DNA of 64,000 nucleotides, taken from Candidatus Micrarchaeia archaeon (GTDB lineage: Archaea; Micrarchaeota; Micrarchaeia; Anstonellales; Anstonellaceae). The position numbers were made by a program, and so were the translations under genes. Shown here piece by piece: positions 1 to 8,922 of the stretch. The stretch spans positions 100,531 through 164,530 of the forward strand of contig JBAZLL010000001.1 in assembly GCA_041650255.1 (NCBI GenBank), given 5' to 3'. How positions within the stretch are numbered: the stretch's first letter is position 1; each line of letters starts with the position of its first letter. Under the pieces are notes generated by a model that saw only the letters and a list, made by a program, of their open reading frames with translations, had not been told where the DNA came from and did not search any database.

Positions 1-1134
1 TCCAATTCCAAGTCCTGCAATTACGTTTGTTCCCGCGCCGGTTTTGGACGCTTCAAAAATATCTTTTACGGGCTGGCTGGCTGTGCTTGTGTAATATTCG
101 GTTATTCTTGCAATCAAAATTGTTGCAACAAGCCCGACAATAGTTGCGCAAAATGCTTTTGGCGCGGTTTGCGCATCCAGCACTCCGAACGAAATAATTG
201 CGAATATTATCGCCGCAAGAATTGAAGATACCCAAAAGCCGCGGTTGAGTGCATCCATCGGATTTTCCTTCTCGCTGTTTACCCGCACAATCTGGCTTCC
301 CAGAACCGATGCGATAATTCCTCCCGCAAGCAACAAAAGCGGAAATATAGCTCCCTGTATTCCGGCAACCAATCCACCAAGTATCATTGCCGCAATTACC
401 GAAACCGTGTAAGATTCAAATACGTCCGCGCCCATTCCCGCGCAGTCGCCGACATTATCTCCGACATTGTCTGCAATAGTTGCCGGATTTCTTGGGTCGT
501 CCTCCGGAATATTTGACTCGACTTTTCCAACCAAGTCCGCGCCAACGTCAGCCGCCTTTGTGAAAATTCCGCCTCCCACTCTCATAAAGAGTGCAAGTAG
601 GTTTGCACCAAATCCGAATCCGATAAGTGCGGATGATGTGATTTTGATAAATGCGTTCTCCCCCAACGCCGTGAAAAACATCATATAAGAGGCAATAAAT
701 ATTATGGATACGCCCAATAGCCCCAATCCAACGACCGCCAGCCCGTTAACCGAGCCTGCCCTAAATGCCATGAGTAATGCATCGTTTAGCGAAGTTTTGG
801 CGGCATTGGCGGTTCTCACATTTCCCCTCACTGCCAAATACATTCCAATGTATCCGGCGGACGCGGAAAGAATCGCGCCAAGTGCAAATGCACACGCGAC
901 AAACGCGCCCATGAAATATGCCATAATCAGGGCGACGATAATTACTGGGATAATTATAGTTGTGAATTGCCTTTTGAGGTACGCATCCGCACCCTCTTTT
1001 ATTGACTTGGCAATTTCCTTCATCTTTTCATTTCCAGCAGGCTTTGAGAGCACGCCTCTGGCAGTAAATGCACCATAAATCAGCGCAAGAATCGCGATAA
1101 ATGGAGCAATATATAATATTGAATTGATTTCCAA
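1..1134 (-). CDS. hppA: membrane-bound H+/Na+-translocating pyrophosphatase, N-terminal 378 codons (3' end lies off-window)
   Basis: Absent from the ORF track because no stop falls in the window. My reverse-strand translation from TTG at 1134 (GGTGAG 4 nt upstream) reads EINSILYIAPFIAILALIYGAF..KMKEIAKSIKEGADAYLKRQF. Further in it reads IADNVGDNVGDCAGMGADVFESYTVS, the DNVGDNVGD signature of V-type PPases. Confidence 0.85.
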   Translation of the reverse strand, partial: MEINSILYIAPFIAILALIYGAFTARGVLSKPAGNEKMKEIAKSIKEGADAYLKRQFTTIIIPVIIVALIMAYFMGAFVACAFALGAILSASAGYIGMYLAVRGNVRTANAAKTSLNDALLMAFRAGSVNGLAVVGLGLLGVSIIFIASYMMFFTALGENAFIKITSSALIGFGFGANLLALFMRVGGGIFTKAADVGADLVGKVESNIPEDDPRNPATIADNVGDNVGDCAGMGADVFESYTVSVIAAMILGGLVAGIQGAIFPLLLLAGGIIASVLGSQIVRVNSEKENPMDALNRGFWVSSILAAIIFAIISFGVLDAQTAPKAFCATIVGLVATILIARITEYYTSTASQPVKDIFEASKTGAGTNVIAGLGIG

Positions 1135-1249
1135 AATCTCACCTCATATTAGAAACTAAATATTTTTTTGTGAATTTAAATAGCTTATGTCATGCAAAAA
1201 TCCGAGTCATCGATTTCCAATTCAAGTTTTTTAGCCCATTATTTTTGCA

Positions 1250-1657
1250 TCAAGCAAACTGCACTTTGTGGCTATCCTTAATTATCACTGTTTTTATTCC
1301 CTCTTCCTTTAGCCTGAGCCTTAGCATTTTGTCATTTGTCGCAACCCACGCCTCCTCTTTTTTTGAGAGTGAAATGAGTATGTCATCCGCTTTTCCCTTT
1401 GAAACAACATGTTTTGCTTTTCCCTGTACAACAAGTCTGTCTATCACTTCAAGGGCAGATCTCGCTGCGACATAATTTTTTTTCCCCGGAATTGATGCCA
1501 TCATCTTTAATTCATCCAACACCGGCGTCGGCACCAATATAATATACGGTTTATACTCAAACAAATCCTCAAGCCCGCCCAAAATATCCACTCTTAATTC
1601 GTATGGGGAAAGCCAAAAATTCGTATCAAGGATAATCGCCTGTTCTTTTTGCATCAA
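1250..1657 (-). CDS. PIN-domain nuclease, Fcf1/Utp24-like
   Basis: 135 aa. AIILDTNFW, VPTPVLDELK and WVATNDKMLRLRL match the acidic-residue pattern of archaeal Fcf1-type PIN proteins. Confidence 0.7.
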   Translation of the reverse strand: MMQKEQAIILDTNFWLSPYELRVDILGGLEDLFEYKPYIILVPTPVLDELKMMASIPGKKNYVAARSALEVIDRLVVQGKAKHVVSKGKADDILISLSKKEEAWVATNDKMLRLRLKEEGIKTVIIKDSHKVQFA

Positions 1658-1666
1658 ATCAGGTTC

Positions 1667-2086
1667 TCACAAATTCTTCTTAAGATATTGCTTTGCTTCC
1701 GGTTCAAGTGTTCCATTTTTCTTTAGCTTTGAAAGTGAATTTCTCAGCTCTTTTGAAAGTTTTTCATCTTTTGCAGATTCAAAAATATTTTTGAGCAAAA
1801 ATATCTGCGCGCCGCACTCCCATACGTCTCCTTCTTTGAGCAGTTCCAGCGCCTTTTGCGGGTGTTTTATATATGACGCGTAATATCTTTGGTAAAACAC
1901 CGCTTTTTGCATCGATTCCTTATCATGCGTCTTGTGATTATCCAAATTTGACATTATGATACTCACATATGCACTTTCCGAAGTTGGTTTTATTCTGGAC
2001 CTTTCAATGTATGAAAAAAAATTTCCGAGTGCACCAACTTTACTCATTTTATTTGCCGGTTTGTTGACTAATGTTTGAGTTTCCAT
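1667..2086 (-). CDS. hypothetical protein
   Basis: 139-aa ORF 9 nt upstream of the PIN gene on the same strand. No motif recognised. Confidence 0.45.
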   Translation of the reverse strand: METQTLVNKPANKMSKVGALGNFFSYIERSRIKPTSESAYVSIIMSNLDNHKTHDKESMQKAVFYQRYYASYIKHPQKALELLKEGDVWECGAQIFLLKNIFESAKDEKLSKELRNSLSKLKKNGTLEPEAKQYLKKNL

Positions 2087-2119
2087 ATACTTCTATTATA
2101 TGGCACAAGCTTTATCTTC

Positions 2120-3559
2120 TTATTTGCCCCCAAAAACCGAGTTAATTGCGCCCATTAGTGCATTGATAATCGTTGAAAAAATGTCTTGCGCAGGCGCATT
2201 TGCATTTTCTCCATTTGTGCTTGCATTGGTCTGGGGCAAAATATTTAGCTGCGACTGTGCATAAGCAACAAGCGCCTTTTGCTCAAGCGCATCGGACCGA
2301 TAAATCAGCCCCTGCAAAGAAGCCGCATCCACCACTCCATTTGTTTGCGCGCTCAGATTCACATACTCTTGCTCAATTTGCGCCCTCGGCTCAAAAGTTG
2401 TCGGCATCTTTTGCAATGTAAGTTTGATATTGGAAAGCTTTATGCTAATATTTTCACGCGCCTGCAAATCGGAATTCACATTCAAAGAAATCTTATCAGA
2501 CTCATTCGCAATATTTTTGGTAAGCTTTATCGCATTGTAAAACTGTCCGTCCTGTGCAAGGCGCTCTGCCTGCCCAATTTTCAGAACCCAAAAAACATAT
2601 TCCTGCAAGAGGGGCGCATCGTTTATTTTCTCGTATTCAACCTGTGCAATCCCAACATCAAGCTCATTCTTTTTTGTCTGCACACCTGCCAGTTCAGCCG
2701 CCCAAATTCCATCTCTGTTTTTTGTATATTCAAGCCATTGCAGGGTGTTTGCCTCGATGTTTGATGCCCTCTCATCCTGCGCACTCATTTGCCCTAAAAT
2801 GGTTTTTGCATTTTCCCATCTTGTTTGCAATACCAAAAACTCCTGCCTGCTTTTGCTCCAATTCTGGCTTGGGCAAAAATCATAACACACTTTATCCCCG
2901 CCAAATCCGCACCCTTCATCAGAGCCGTCTAAAAAGAACGGATGACTATCAAGTGTTTGTTCAAGCCCGTCTATTTTTTGCATTCTTGAATATATTTTTG
3001 CGGAATTGGATTCACTCACATCTATTGAACCGGCGCTTAATTCATTTTCAAGTCCATTCAGCTCTGCCAATAACGCCGCATCCTGATTCTTAAAATCAAG
3101 CATTGCCTGCCAAAAACCGTCCGCATTTACCACTGTGAGTGAAATCGGGGTTGAAAATGCCGCCAGCACGCAACTCTCCCTGTCATGACAGTCAAATTTG
3201 TCCATTCCGGAAAGCCGGAAACATTCATCATGGCTGTATAGGAATTTTCCCTTCATTTTTTCAAGAAAATCAACAGTATCATTCATCGCTTTCTCATATT
3301 CGGATGAGCTTGCCAGGGAGCTTTTTAGAATCGGATATATCTCATCCTTTGTTTTTGCAATTTGTCCGTCCCATTCCTTCACTATAAACGTTTCATTGCC
3401 CTCAATTTTTACAAGCACTGCCTGTCCGTTTGGCGTATTTAGCCTCTGTACAGCATAAGTCATATTCGGCTCAAGATATTTCATCTCAATTCCATACGTC
3501 TGGGCAAACAGATTCGCGCAAAGAAGTGCAATGCTTATCAGAATCAGGATGTTCTTCAT
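2120..3559 (-). CDS. secreted protein of unknown function
   Basis: 479 aa. Signal-like N-terminus MKNILILISIALLCANLFA, Cys clusters (CFRLSGMDKFDCHDRESC; CGFGGDKVCYDFC), and a long helical, heptad-like C-terminal half. Confidence 0.6.
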   Translation of the reverse strand: MKNILILISIALLCANLFAQTYGIEMKYLEPNMTYAVQRLNTPNGQAVLVKIEGNETFIVKEWDGQIAKTKDEIYPILKSSLASSSEYEKAMNDTVDFLEKMKGKFLYSHDECFRLSGMDKFDCHDRESCVLAAFSTPISLTVVNADGFWQAMLDFKNQDAALLAELNGLENELSAGSIDVSESNSAKIYSRMQKIDGLEQTLDSHPFFLDGSDEGCGFGGDKVCYDFCPSQNWSKSRQEFLVLQTRWENAKTILGQMSAQDERASNIEANTLQWLEYTKNRDGIWAAELAGVQTKKNELDVGIAQVEYEKINDAPLLQEYVFWVLKIGQAERLAQDGQFYNAIKLTKNIANESDKISLNVNSDLQARENISIKLSNIKLTLQKMPTTFEPRAQIEQEYVNLSAQTNGVVDAASLQGLIYRSDALEQKALVAYAQSQLNILPQTNASTNGENANAPAQDIFSTIINALMGAINSVFGGK

Positions 3560-3610
3560 GGAGTTTGTATTCTGCCTCAGCTATTTAATGCTTGCCGCGC
3601 AAATTTTTGC

Positions 3611-4384
3611 ATGGAAGCCGAGCTTGATACAGCCAAAAACGCAAGGCAAAACCTCAATGCCATTTACTCGAGCCTAAAAGAGCTAAAGGCAAAAAGGGAG
3701 AGAATAAGTAAAGCAATACTTCAGACGCAGGAGCAGGCAAAAAAACAATTCGCAACAAAAAATCCTTCATCCGAGATTTCAAAATCAAAAATCAAAAAAG
3801 AAAAATTCTTTTGGTGGAGCCAGTATCGCTCGTTTGAGACTTCCGGCGGTTTGCGTGCAATTGCGGGCAAAAATGCAAAACAAAACGACGAGCTTTACGC
3901 AAAGCATCTTGAAGAGAACGACCTTTTTTTTCATGCAGACATACAGGGTGCGCCCACAACATTGCTAAAGGGCGGAGCAAATGCATCCGAATCCGATTTG
4001 TTTGAAACTGCCCAATGGGCGGCATGTTTTTCCTCTGCATGGAAAGTCGGGGCCGCAACCGTGGATGTATATGCCGTGAAAAAAGAGCAAGTGGCAAAAA
4101 ACGCGGACGGCGGTTATGTCGGCAGGGGCGCATTTGCAATCAGCGGGCAGAGGCAATGGTTTAGGGCAACTCCCCTTCTTCTAAAAATCGGATTTCTAAA
4201 CGGGCAACTTGTGATTTTGCCCTTTTCGCACAAAAAATCTTTGCAAAAGAAGGCAGTTCTTTCTCCCGGCTCTCTTGAGAAAGAGCAGGCGGCAAAAAAA
4301 CTTTCCGCTTATTTAAGCGCGAAAGCAGACGACATACTAGGTCTGATTCCTTCCGGCGGATTCGGAATAAAAATTGAAGGTTGA
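3611..4384 (+). CDS. NFACT/RqcH (Rqc2/NEMF) homologue, C-terminal half: coiled-coil helix plus NFACT-R (DUF814) domain
   Basis: 257 aa. Heptad-rich N-terminus (NLNAIYSSLKELKAKRERISKAILQTQEQAKKQ) followed by WWSQYRSFETSGGLRAIAGKNAKQNDELYAKHLEENDLFFHADIQGAPTTLLK, the DUF814 core pattern. Confidence 0.75.
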   Translation: MEAELDTAKNARQNLNAIYSSLKELKAKRERISKAILQTQEQAKKQFATKNPSSEISKSKIKKEKFFWWSQYRSFETSGGLRAIAGKNAKQNDELYAKHLEENDLFFHADIQGAPTTLLKGGANASESDLFETAQWAACFSSAWKVGAATVDVYAVKKEQVAKNADGGYVGRGAFAISGQRQWFRATPLLLKIGFLNGQLVILPFSHKKSLQKKAVLSPGSLEKEQAAKKLSAYLSAKADDILGLIPSGGFGIKIEG

Positions 4385-4394
4385 TGGTGTTCTT

Positions 4395-4958
4395 ATGCGA
4401 AAATTTGCAATTTCCGACTTCAAGCAAATAATTTTTGGCAATCCAAATTTTTTATATTTGCGAATTGACGAGCGCACATGCGCCACCCGCTATGTCGTTC
4501 TGAATGCGGGAAAGACTTTGCTGATAGATTCCGGAGACGGGGCGGATGCGCTTTCTTTTACTCCCGACATTTGTATTCTCACTCACGGGCATTATGACCA
4601 CGCGCGCGGGGTGCGCCCGGACTGGCCACAAGTGTTTGTGCTGGATTCAGAAGACGAGAATCTACCATTTGTAGAAGTTCCTCACAATGCAAAAAAGATG
4701 AAAGAGGGAAAATTCAAATTCGGCTCTTTAGACTTTGAAATAATAAACACTCCCGGGCACACTCGCGGAAGCATGTGCATCTTTGAGCCAAAAACAGGCA
4801 TACTTTTTTCGGGCGATACAAAATTTGCGGATGGCGGTTATGGGAGAACGGATTTGGGCGGCTCGGATGAGCAGATGTCAAAAAGCCTTAAGGCAATAGA
4901 CAAATTACCCTGGAAAATCCTCTGTCCCGGGCATGGAAATTTTGAGGAAAGAGACTAA
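4395..4958 (+). CDS. metallo-beta-lactamase-fold hydrolase
   Basis: LTHGHYDHARG (HxHxDH motif), NTPGHTRGS and CPGHG. ATG at 4395 preferred over the TTG at 4374, which overlaps the upstream gene. Confidence 0.8.
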   Translation: MRKFAISDFKQIIFGNPNFLYLRIDERTCATRYVVLNAGKTLLIDSGDGADALSFTPDICILTHGHYDHARGVRPDWPQVFVLDSEDENLPFVEVPHNAKKMKEGKFKFGSLDFEIINTPGHTRGSMCIFEPKTGILFSGDTKFADGGYGRTDLGGSDEQMSKSLKAIDKLPWKILCPGHGNFEERD

Positions 4959-4981
4959 TTTAAACACGAACAAAATTCTGT

Positions 4982-5464
4982 TTACAGTTTCTGCTTTTTG
5001 TTTTCAAAATTTTTCAAAACAAACTTTTTTCCCGTGCGGGAAATTATATGCCCTTCCATTTTGAGCTTTCTTGCCTGTGCAAAATCCCCGCCCGGATATT
5101 TCGGATTTAGGGAGCCGTCGCTTTTTATCGTTCTCCAATAAGGGGTAATATCCACTCTTCCCGCCGAGCGTTGTTCTTCCGCCGCGTTGGCGGCAATCCA
5201 TGCAAATATTCCTGTTGTGAGGGGGCAGCATGTGTTTGTTTTGTATTTCTTTGCCAAAGAGTCTCTTATCATTTCAATTGTGAGTATTTTTCCTTTTTTC
5301 GCCTTTCTCATCATTCTATCTACGTCTGATGGGAGTGGTATAATCATTGTGCCTTTGCCGCAAGTCTTTTCCATTTTCTTTTCTATTTTCACTTTTTTGG
5401 GCAAACCCTTCTTTTTTGCCAACTTTTGCACCCAGCTTTTTGTTTGCATATATTTCATACCCAC
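4982..5464 (-). CDS. MGMT-family / alkyltransferase-like DNA-binding protein without the PCHR active-site Cys
   Basis: 160 aa. GKILTIEMIRDSLAKKY..PLTTGIFAWIAANAAEE..ITPYWRTIKSDGSL..ARKLKMEGH resembles the MGMT DNA-binding domain, with PYWR in place of PCHR. Confidence 0.5.
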   Translation of the reverse strand: MGMKYMQTKSWVQKLAKKKGLPKKVKIEKKMEKTCGKGTMIIPLPSDVDRMMRKAKKGKILTIEMIRDSLAKKYKTNTCCPLTTGIFAWIAANAAEEQRSAGRVDITPYWRTIKSDGSLNPKYPGGDFAQARKLKMEGHIISRTGKKFVLKNFENKKQKL

Positions 5465-5604
5465 AGGTAGAACTTGGGGGAGTAATATAAGTTTAACTAA
5501 AAGAAGCCCAATTTTGCACTCTGCGTGCCTGCCTCTCGTTTATGGCTTTATCAGATATATCTAATTTAGATATATTTAAATACTTGTTCGCTCATATTAC
5601 TTGC

Positions 5605-5940
5605 ATGAACAAAACAAATCCAAGCTCTAATATCGGGAAGGCACTTACTCGTTCCTTCATTTTGTATAGTTGCCTCCACCAGCCCCAAACCGGATACCGC
5701 CTACTTGCGGCTGGGAAGGAAATACTGCTTACAGGCTGGAGTGCAGGCTCATTCTACCCTCACATCCAGTTTTTGCTAAAGGAAAAACTTCTTACAAGAA
5801 AAAAGACCAGCTCAAAGAGGATAACTTACGAGTACTCCACCACTCCTGCCGGCACGGAGTATCTCAAGTATGTATCAACCTATTTCAAGCACGAGAAACT
5901 CAAGAAATTTTTCAAGGTTCTAATATCCGGTGATTTTTGA
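5605..5940 (+). CDS. PadR-family winged-helix transcriptional regulator
   Basis: ILYSCLHQPQTGYRLL..WSAGSFYPHIQFLLKEKLLTRK..YEYSTTPAGTEYL. The ATG at 5605 lies about 25 nt downstream of a TATA-like tatatttaaata. Confidence 0.6.
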   Translation: MNKTNPSSNIGKALTRSFILYSCLHQPQTGYRLLAAGKEILLTGWSAGSFYPHIQFLLKEKLLTRKKTSSKRITYEYSTTPAGTEYLKYVSTYFKHEKLKKFFKVLISGDF

Positions 5941-7061
5941 TGAAGATCCAGTTTAATGTAGTAATCTTAGCCTTGCTTTTCATATCTAGTGCATTATTTT
6001 GCGCAAATACACATATTATGAGCTACCGCACAGACCCTTCCACGGTTCGGGCAAATCAGGATTTTACCTTTTTCTTCACTCTCAAAAATGACATGGAAAT
6101 CGGGATTGACAACATCAACATTTCATTTGAATGCCCTAACAACCTAACCTGCCCATCTTACATATTGATGAACCTTCCCTCATACGGCACCCAAGAGATC
6201 ACGGTTCCAATAAAAAACGACGCGTCGGGCGGGCTTAATCAAATAAAAATGAGTTGGAAGGACGGCTCGTACAACATGGGCGTGGATGCAAATGAAAATC
6301 CGACCTCAACTCCCAAAATCCTTAGCTCCACCTTTCCGATTCTCATGCACGAATCAGCAATAAGCCAAGTAAACGCAACAACGAGCTTGGACTTCAACCG
6401 CAAAAACAATTTCAGTGTGCAATTACAGGCGACGGATTTGAATAACATACGAATCTCGCTTTATTCCTCTTGCATGGCGTTTGAGAGCCCAATATTTTAT
6501 TTCCCCTCAATAAACGGAAGCGCAAACATCAGCACCTCTGTATTCGTGAATTGTGCCCCCGGCTCCGCAGATTTGTCCCTTACCCTACAATCTGATGAAC
6601 TTACCTATCAAGTGCCGCTTGGTGTTTTCGTGCAAAAAACCCCACAGTCAAATCTTGATGTGGAAATATTGTCTCCCTCAATTCAGAGCTCAAAGGACAA
6701 TGTGCAAATAAGCGTTTCAAACAACGGCGCACCTGCTGAAAAACTTTATCTTAGCATACTTTCAAGTCCATCAGTGCGCTCTCCGGACATGCTGTATATG
6801 GGAGATTTTAGCGGAGAACGCCTTGAATACATGGAGATTCAAGCGCAGGAGACAGGAGATATTCCAATAACAATCGAAGCTCGTTGGATTGAAAACCACC
6901 AATCATTTACCAAAACCTGGCAACAAATAATCAAAGTAAAGCAAAGCCAGCCCCAAAATATCCCATCTTCATTCTATCTTGCGGCGGCCGCGGTAGTGAT
7001 ATTATGCATCGTCTGGATGACATACTCAAAGACCTCAATACCATTTTTCAAAAAGGGATAA
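5940..7061 (+). CDS. secreted, C-terminally anchored surface protein (repeated beta-sandwich, S-layer/CARDB-like)
   Basis: Signal MKIQFNVVILALLFISSALFCA, C-terminal TM FYLAAAAVVILCIVWMTY. Sits in an operon between the PadR and YhgE-like genes. Confidence 0.55.
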   Translation: MKIQFNVVILALLFISSALFCANTHIMSYRTDPSTVRANQDFTFFFTLKNDMEIGIDNINISFECPNNLTCPSYILMNLPSYGTQEITVPIKNDASGGLNQIKMSWKDGSYNMGVDANENPTSTPKILSSTFPILMHESAISQVNATTSLDFNRKNNFSVQLQATDLNNIRISLYSSCMAFESPIFYFPSINGSANISTSVFVNCAPGSADLSLTLQSDELTYQVPLGVFVQKTPQSNLDVEILSPSIQSSKDNVQISVSNNGAPAEKLYLSILSSPSVRSPDMLYMGDFSGERLEYMEIQAQETGDIPITIEARWIENHQSFTKTWQQIIKVKQSQPQNIPSSFYLAAAAVVILCIVWMTYSKTSIPFFKKG

Positions 7062-8830
7062 TGAGTGCAGGCCTGCTTCTGGTTCCAGCATTGGTTTTTC
7101 TTCTTTATGTCGGCGCTTTTTACCAGCCGATGGAAAATGCTCGCAACACCGAAGTATTATTTGTAAATCTTGACGGCGGCGAGCTTTCCCAGGCGATTGA
7201 ATCTGCAATACTTTCAAGCGGTGTGTATAATTTCAAAACAGCTTCCCTTGATTATGCGACCACCGAAGTAAACGAAGCTCGGGCATGGGGCGCGCTGATA
7301 ATCCCTGCAGGCTTTGAAGATAATCTCCGTTCTGGAAACGGGGCGGAAATAATCCTATTGGCGGATGATTCCCGTTCATACATTATCTCAAGGACAATGC
7401 AACCCACGATAATGGTTCTAAGCTCAAGACTTCAAGAACAGATTCTGCAAAATGCGCTTGATTCTGCCGCTTCCGGAATGGATGCGGCGTCGAGGCAGGA
7501 GGCATATAGCGCTCAGTCTCTTCAGGCACTATCTGCCGCATCCTCTCAATTGAAAGAGGGGCAGTCCGATTTGATTTCTGCAGAATCAAAAATGTCTGAT
7601 TACGGGCAGGAGCTAACGAGCTCCAATCTAAAACTGCAAGCCAATCTGAAATCTTCGGTGCAAGCTGGCAGGGCACTCACCGATGGGGCAGGGCAACTTC
7701 GGGACGGGGCAGGCACTCTTTCTTCCGGATTGCTGGTTTTGAACAACGGCACAACCCAATTACTGACAGTGAATTCAAAGCTGAATAATGTCCTTGCAAG
7801 CGCATATGCTTCCGCCCAATCAATCCCAGATGGGGTCGCAAGAAATCAGACGATTTCTCTCATCTCGTCTGCACAATATTTGTCTTCTGCGCAAAATTCC
7901 GGATTACAATCATTGGATTCCGGGACAAAAACCGCCTATTCCGGTAGCCAGAAACTATATTCTGGATTGGGCACTCTTACAAACGGATTAGGCACATTGA
8001 GCGACGGGCTTATACGCATAAAACAAGCACAGCTTCTTTCAACCGCATCAATTGCGGATTTGGCACTAAATACAAAGACAATATCAACGCTTTCCAAAGA
8101 TTTGGAATCCGGAATTGGGCAGGTCGGCTCATCTCAGAGTTTGCTTGCAGACAAATCCTCTTCCCTATCTTTCGCTCTCTCAAGCGGTTCTGACCAGCTC
8201 GGGCTCGGAGGCATAAATCTTAGGATAGTAGAAGCAAACTATGCGGATTACGGCACATTTTTTGCAACTGCATTTGTTAGTCTCGGGCTTTTTTTCGGGG
8301 CGGCTTCTGCCTATATTTTCTGCTCTTTGAGCAAATTGCGCCATCCTACAATATGGGCCTTCGGATTTGCGATATTGCAATCTGTGATTCTGATTTGTGT
8401 TTATGCCCTAATGTCTTTTCCAATGCGCTCCGGGGAATACTCCCTTCTTGCAATTATGCTGTTGTCTTCACTCGTGTTTTTGCTCATGACTCGCGCGTTA
8501 GTGAGAATAGTGTCCCCAATATTCGAGGCGCATCACCTCTCATTATATTCTCCAATTCTCTCTCTTTTGGCAGTATTCATGATAAGTTCAGGAGGAGCAA
8601 TGTGGCCTCAGCATACCCTGCAGGCACCATTCAATGTATTCACTCCCTTTATTCCGATGTATTATAGCGTCTCCGCAACTCGTGCAAGCGCACTCGCCGC
8701 AGTCTGGCCATCTTCTGATTTGAGGGTGTTGGTCCTTTCATGCGCTTTTCTCTGGATTTTGGTCGAATTGGCAGACCATTTCCGCCCTAAGATAATCTCG
8801 CATTTTTTCAAAAATAAATATAGTGTTTAA
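7004..8830 (+). CDS. YhgE/Pip-domain integral membrane protein
   Basis: 608 aa. N-terminal TM plus VLFVNLDGG, then central degenerate repeats (LTDGAGQLRDGAGTLSSGLLVLNNGTTQL; SGSQKLYSGLGTLTNGLGTLSDGL), then 5-6 C-terminal TM helices. Alternative start at 7061. Confidence 0.7.
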   Translation: MHRLDDILKDLNTIFQKGIMSAGLLLVPALVFLLYVGAFYQPMENARNTEVLFVNLDGGELSQAIESAILSSGVYNFKTASLDYATTEVNEARAWGALIIPAGFEDNLRSGNGAEIILLADDSRSYIISRTMQPTIMVLSSRLQEQILQNALDSAASGMDAASRQEAYSAQSLQALSAASSQLKEGQSDLISAESKMSDYGQELTSSNLKLQANLKSSVQAGRALTDGAGQLRDGAGTLSSGLLVLNNGTTQLLTVNSKLNNVLASAYASAQSIPDGVARNQTISLISSAQYLSSAQNSGLQSLDSGTKTAYSGSQKLYSGLGTLTNGLGTLSDGLIRIKQAQLLSTASIADLALNTKTISTLSKDLESGIGQVGSSQSLLADKSSSLSFALSSGSDQLGLGGINLRIVEANYADYGTFFATAFVSLGLFFGAASAYIFCSLSKLRHPTIWAFGFAILQSVILICVYALMSFPMRSGEYSLLAIMLLSSLVFLLMTRALVRIVSPIFEAHHLSLYSPILSLLAVFMISSGGAMWPQHTLQAPFNVFTPFIPMYYSVSATRASALAAVWPSSDLRVLVLSCAFLWILVELADHFRPKIISHFFKNKYSV

Positions 8831-8922
8831 ACCGAGGACACGCTGAGGCCCAAAACCTTCGGTTTTGAGCATTCTGAATGCTTCGCATTCAGTCTCCCCA
8901 AGTCGCTTATGCGACTTGAGGA

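Noticed and set aside
467-1078. Plus-strand ORFs of 73 and 124 aa at the left edge.
   Set aside because: They are antisense to the pyrophosphatase gene, whose minus-strand translation carries the DNVGDNVGD signature.
4961-4985. 12-nt identity (gaacaaaattct) shared with 28006-28017, both just after stop codons.
   Set aside because: A single 12-mer match is expected by chance many times in 64 kb of AT-biased sequence, and the similarity does not extend further.
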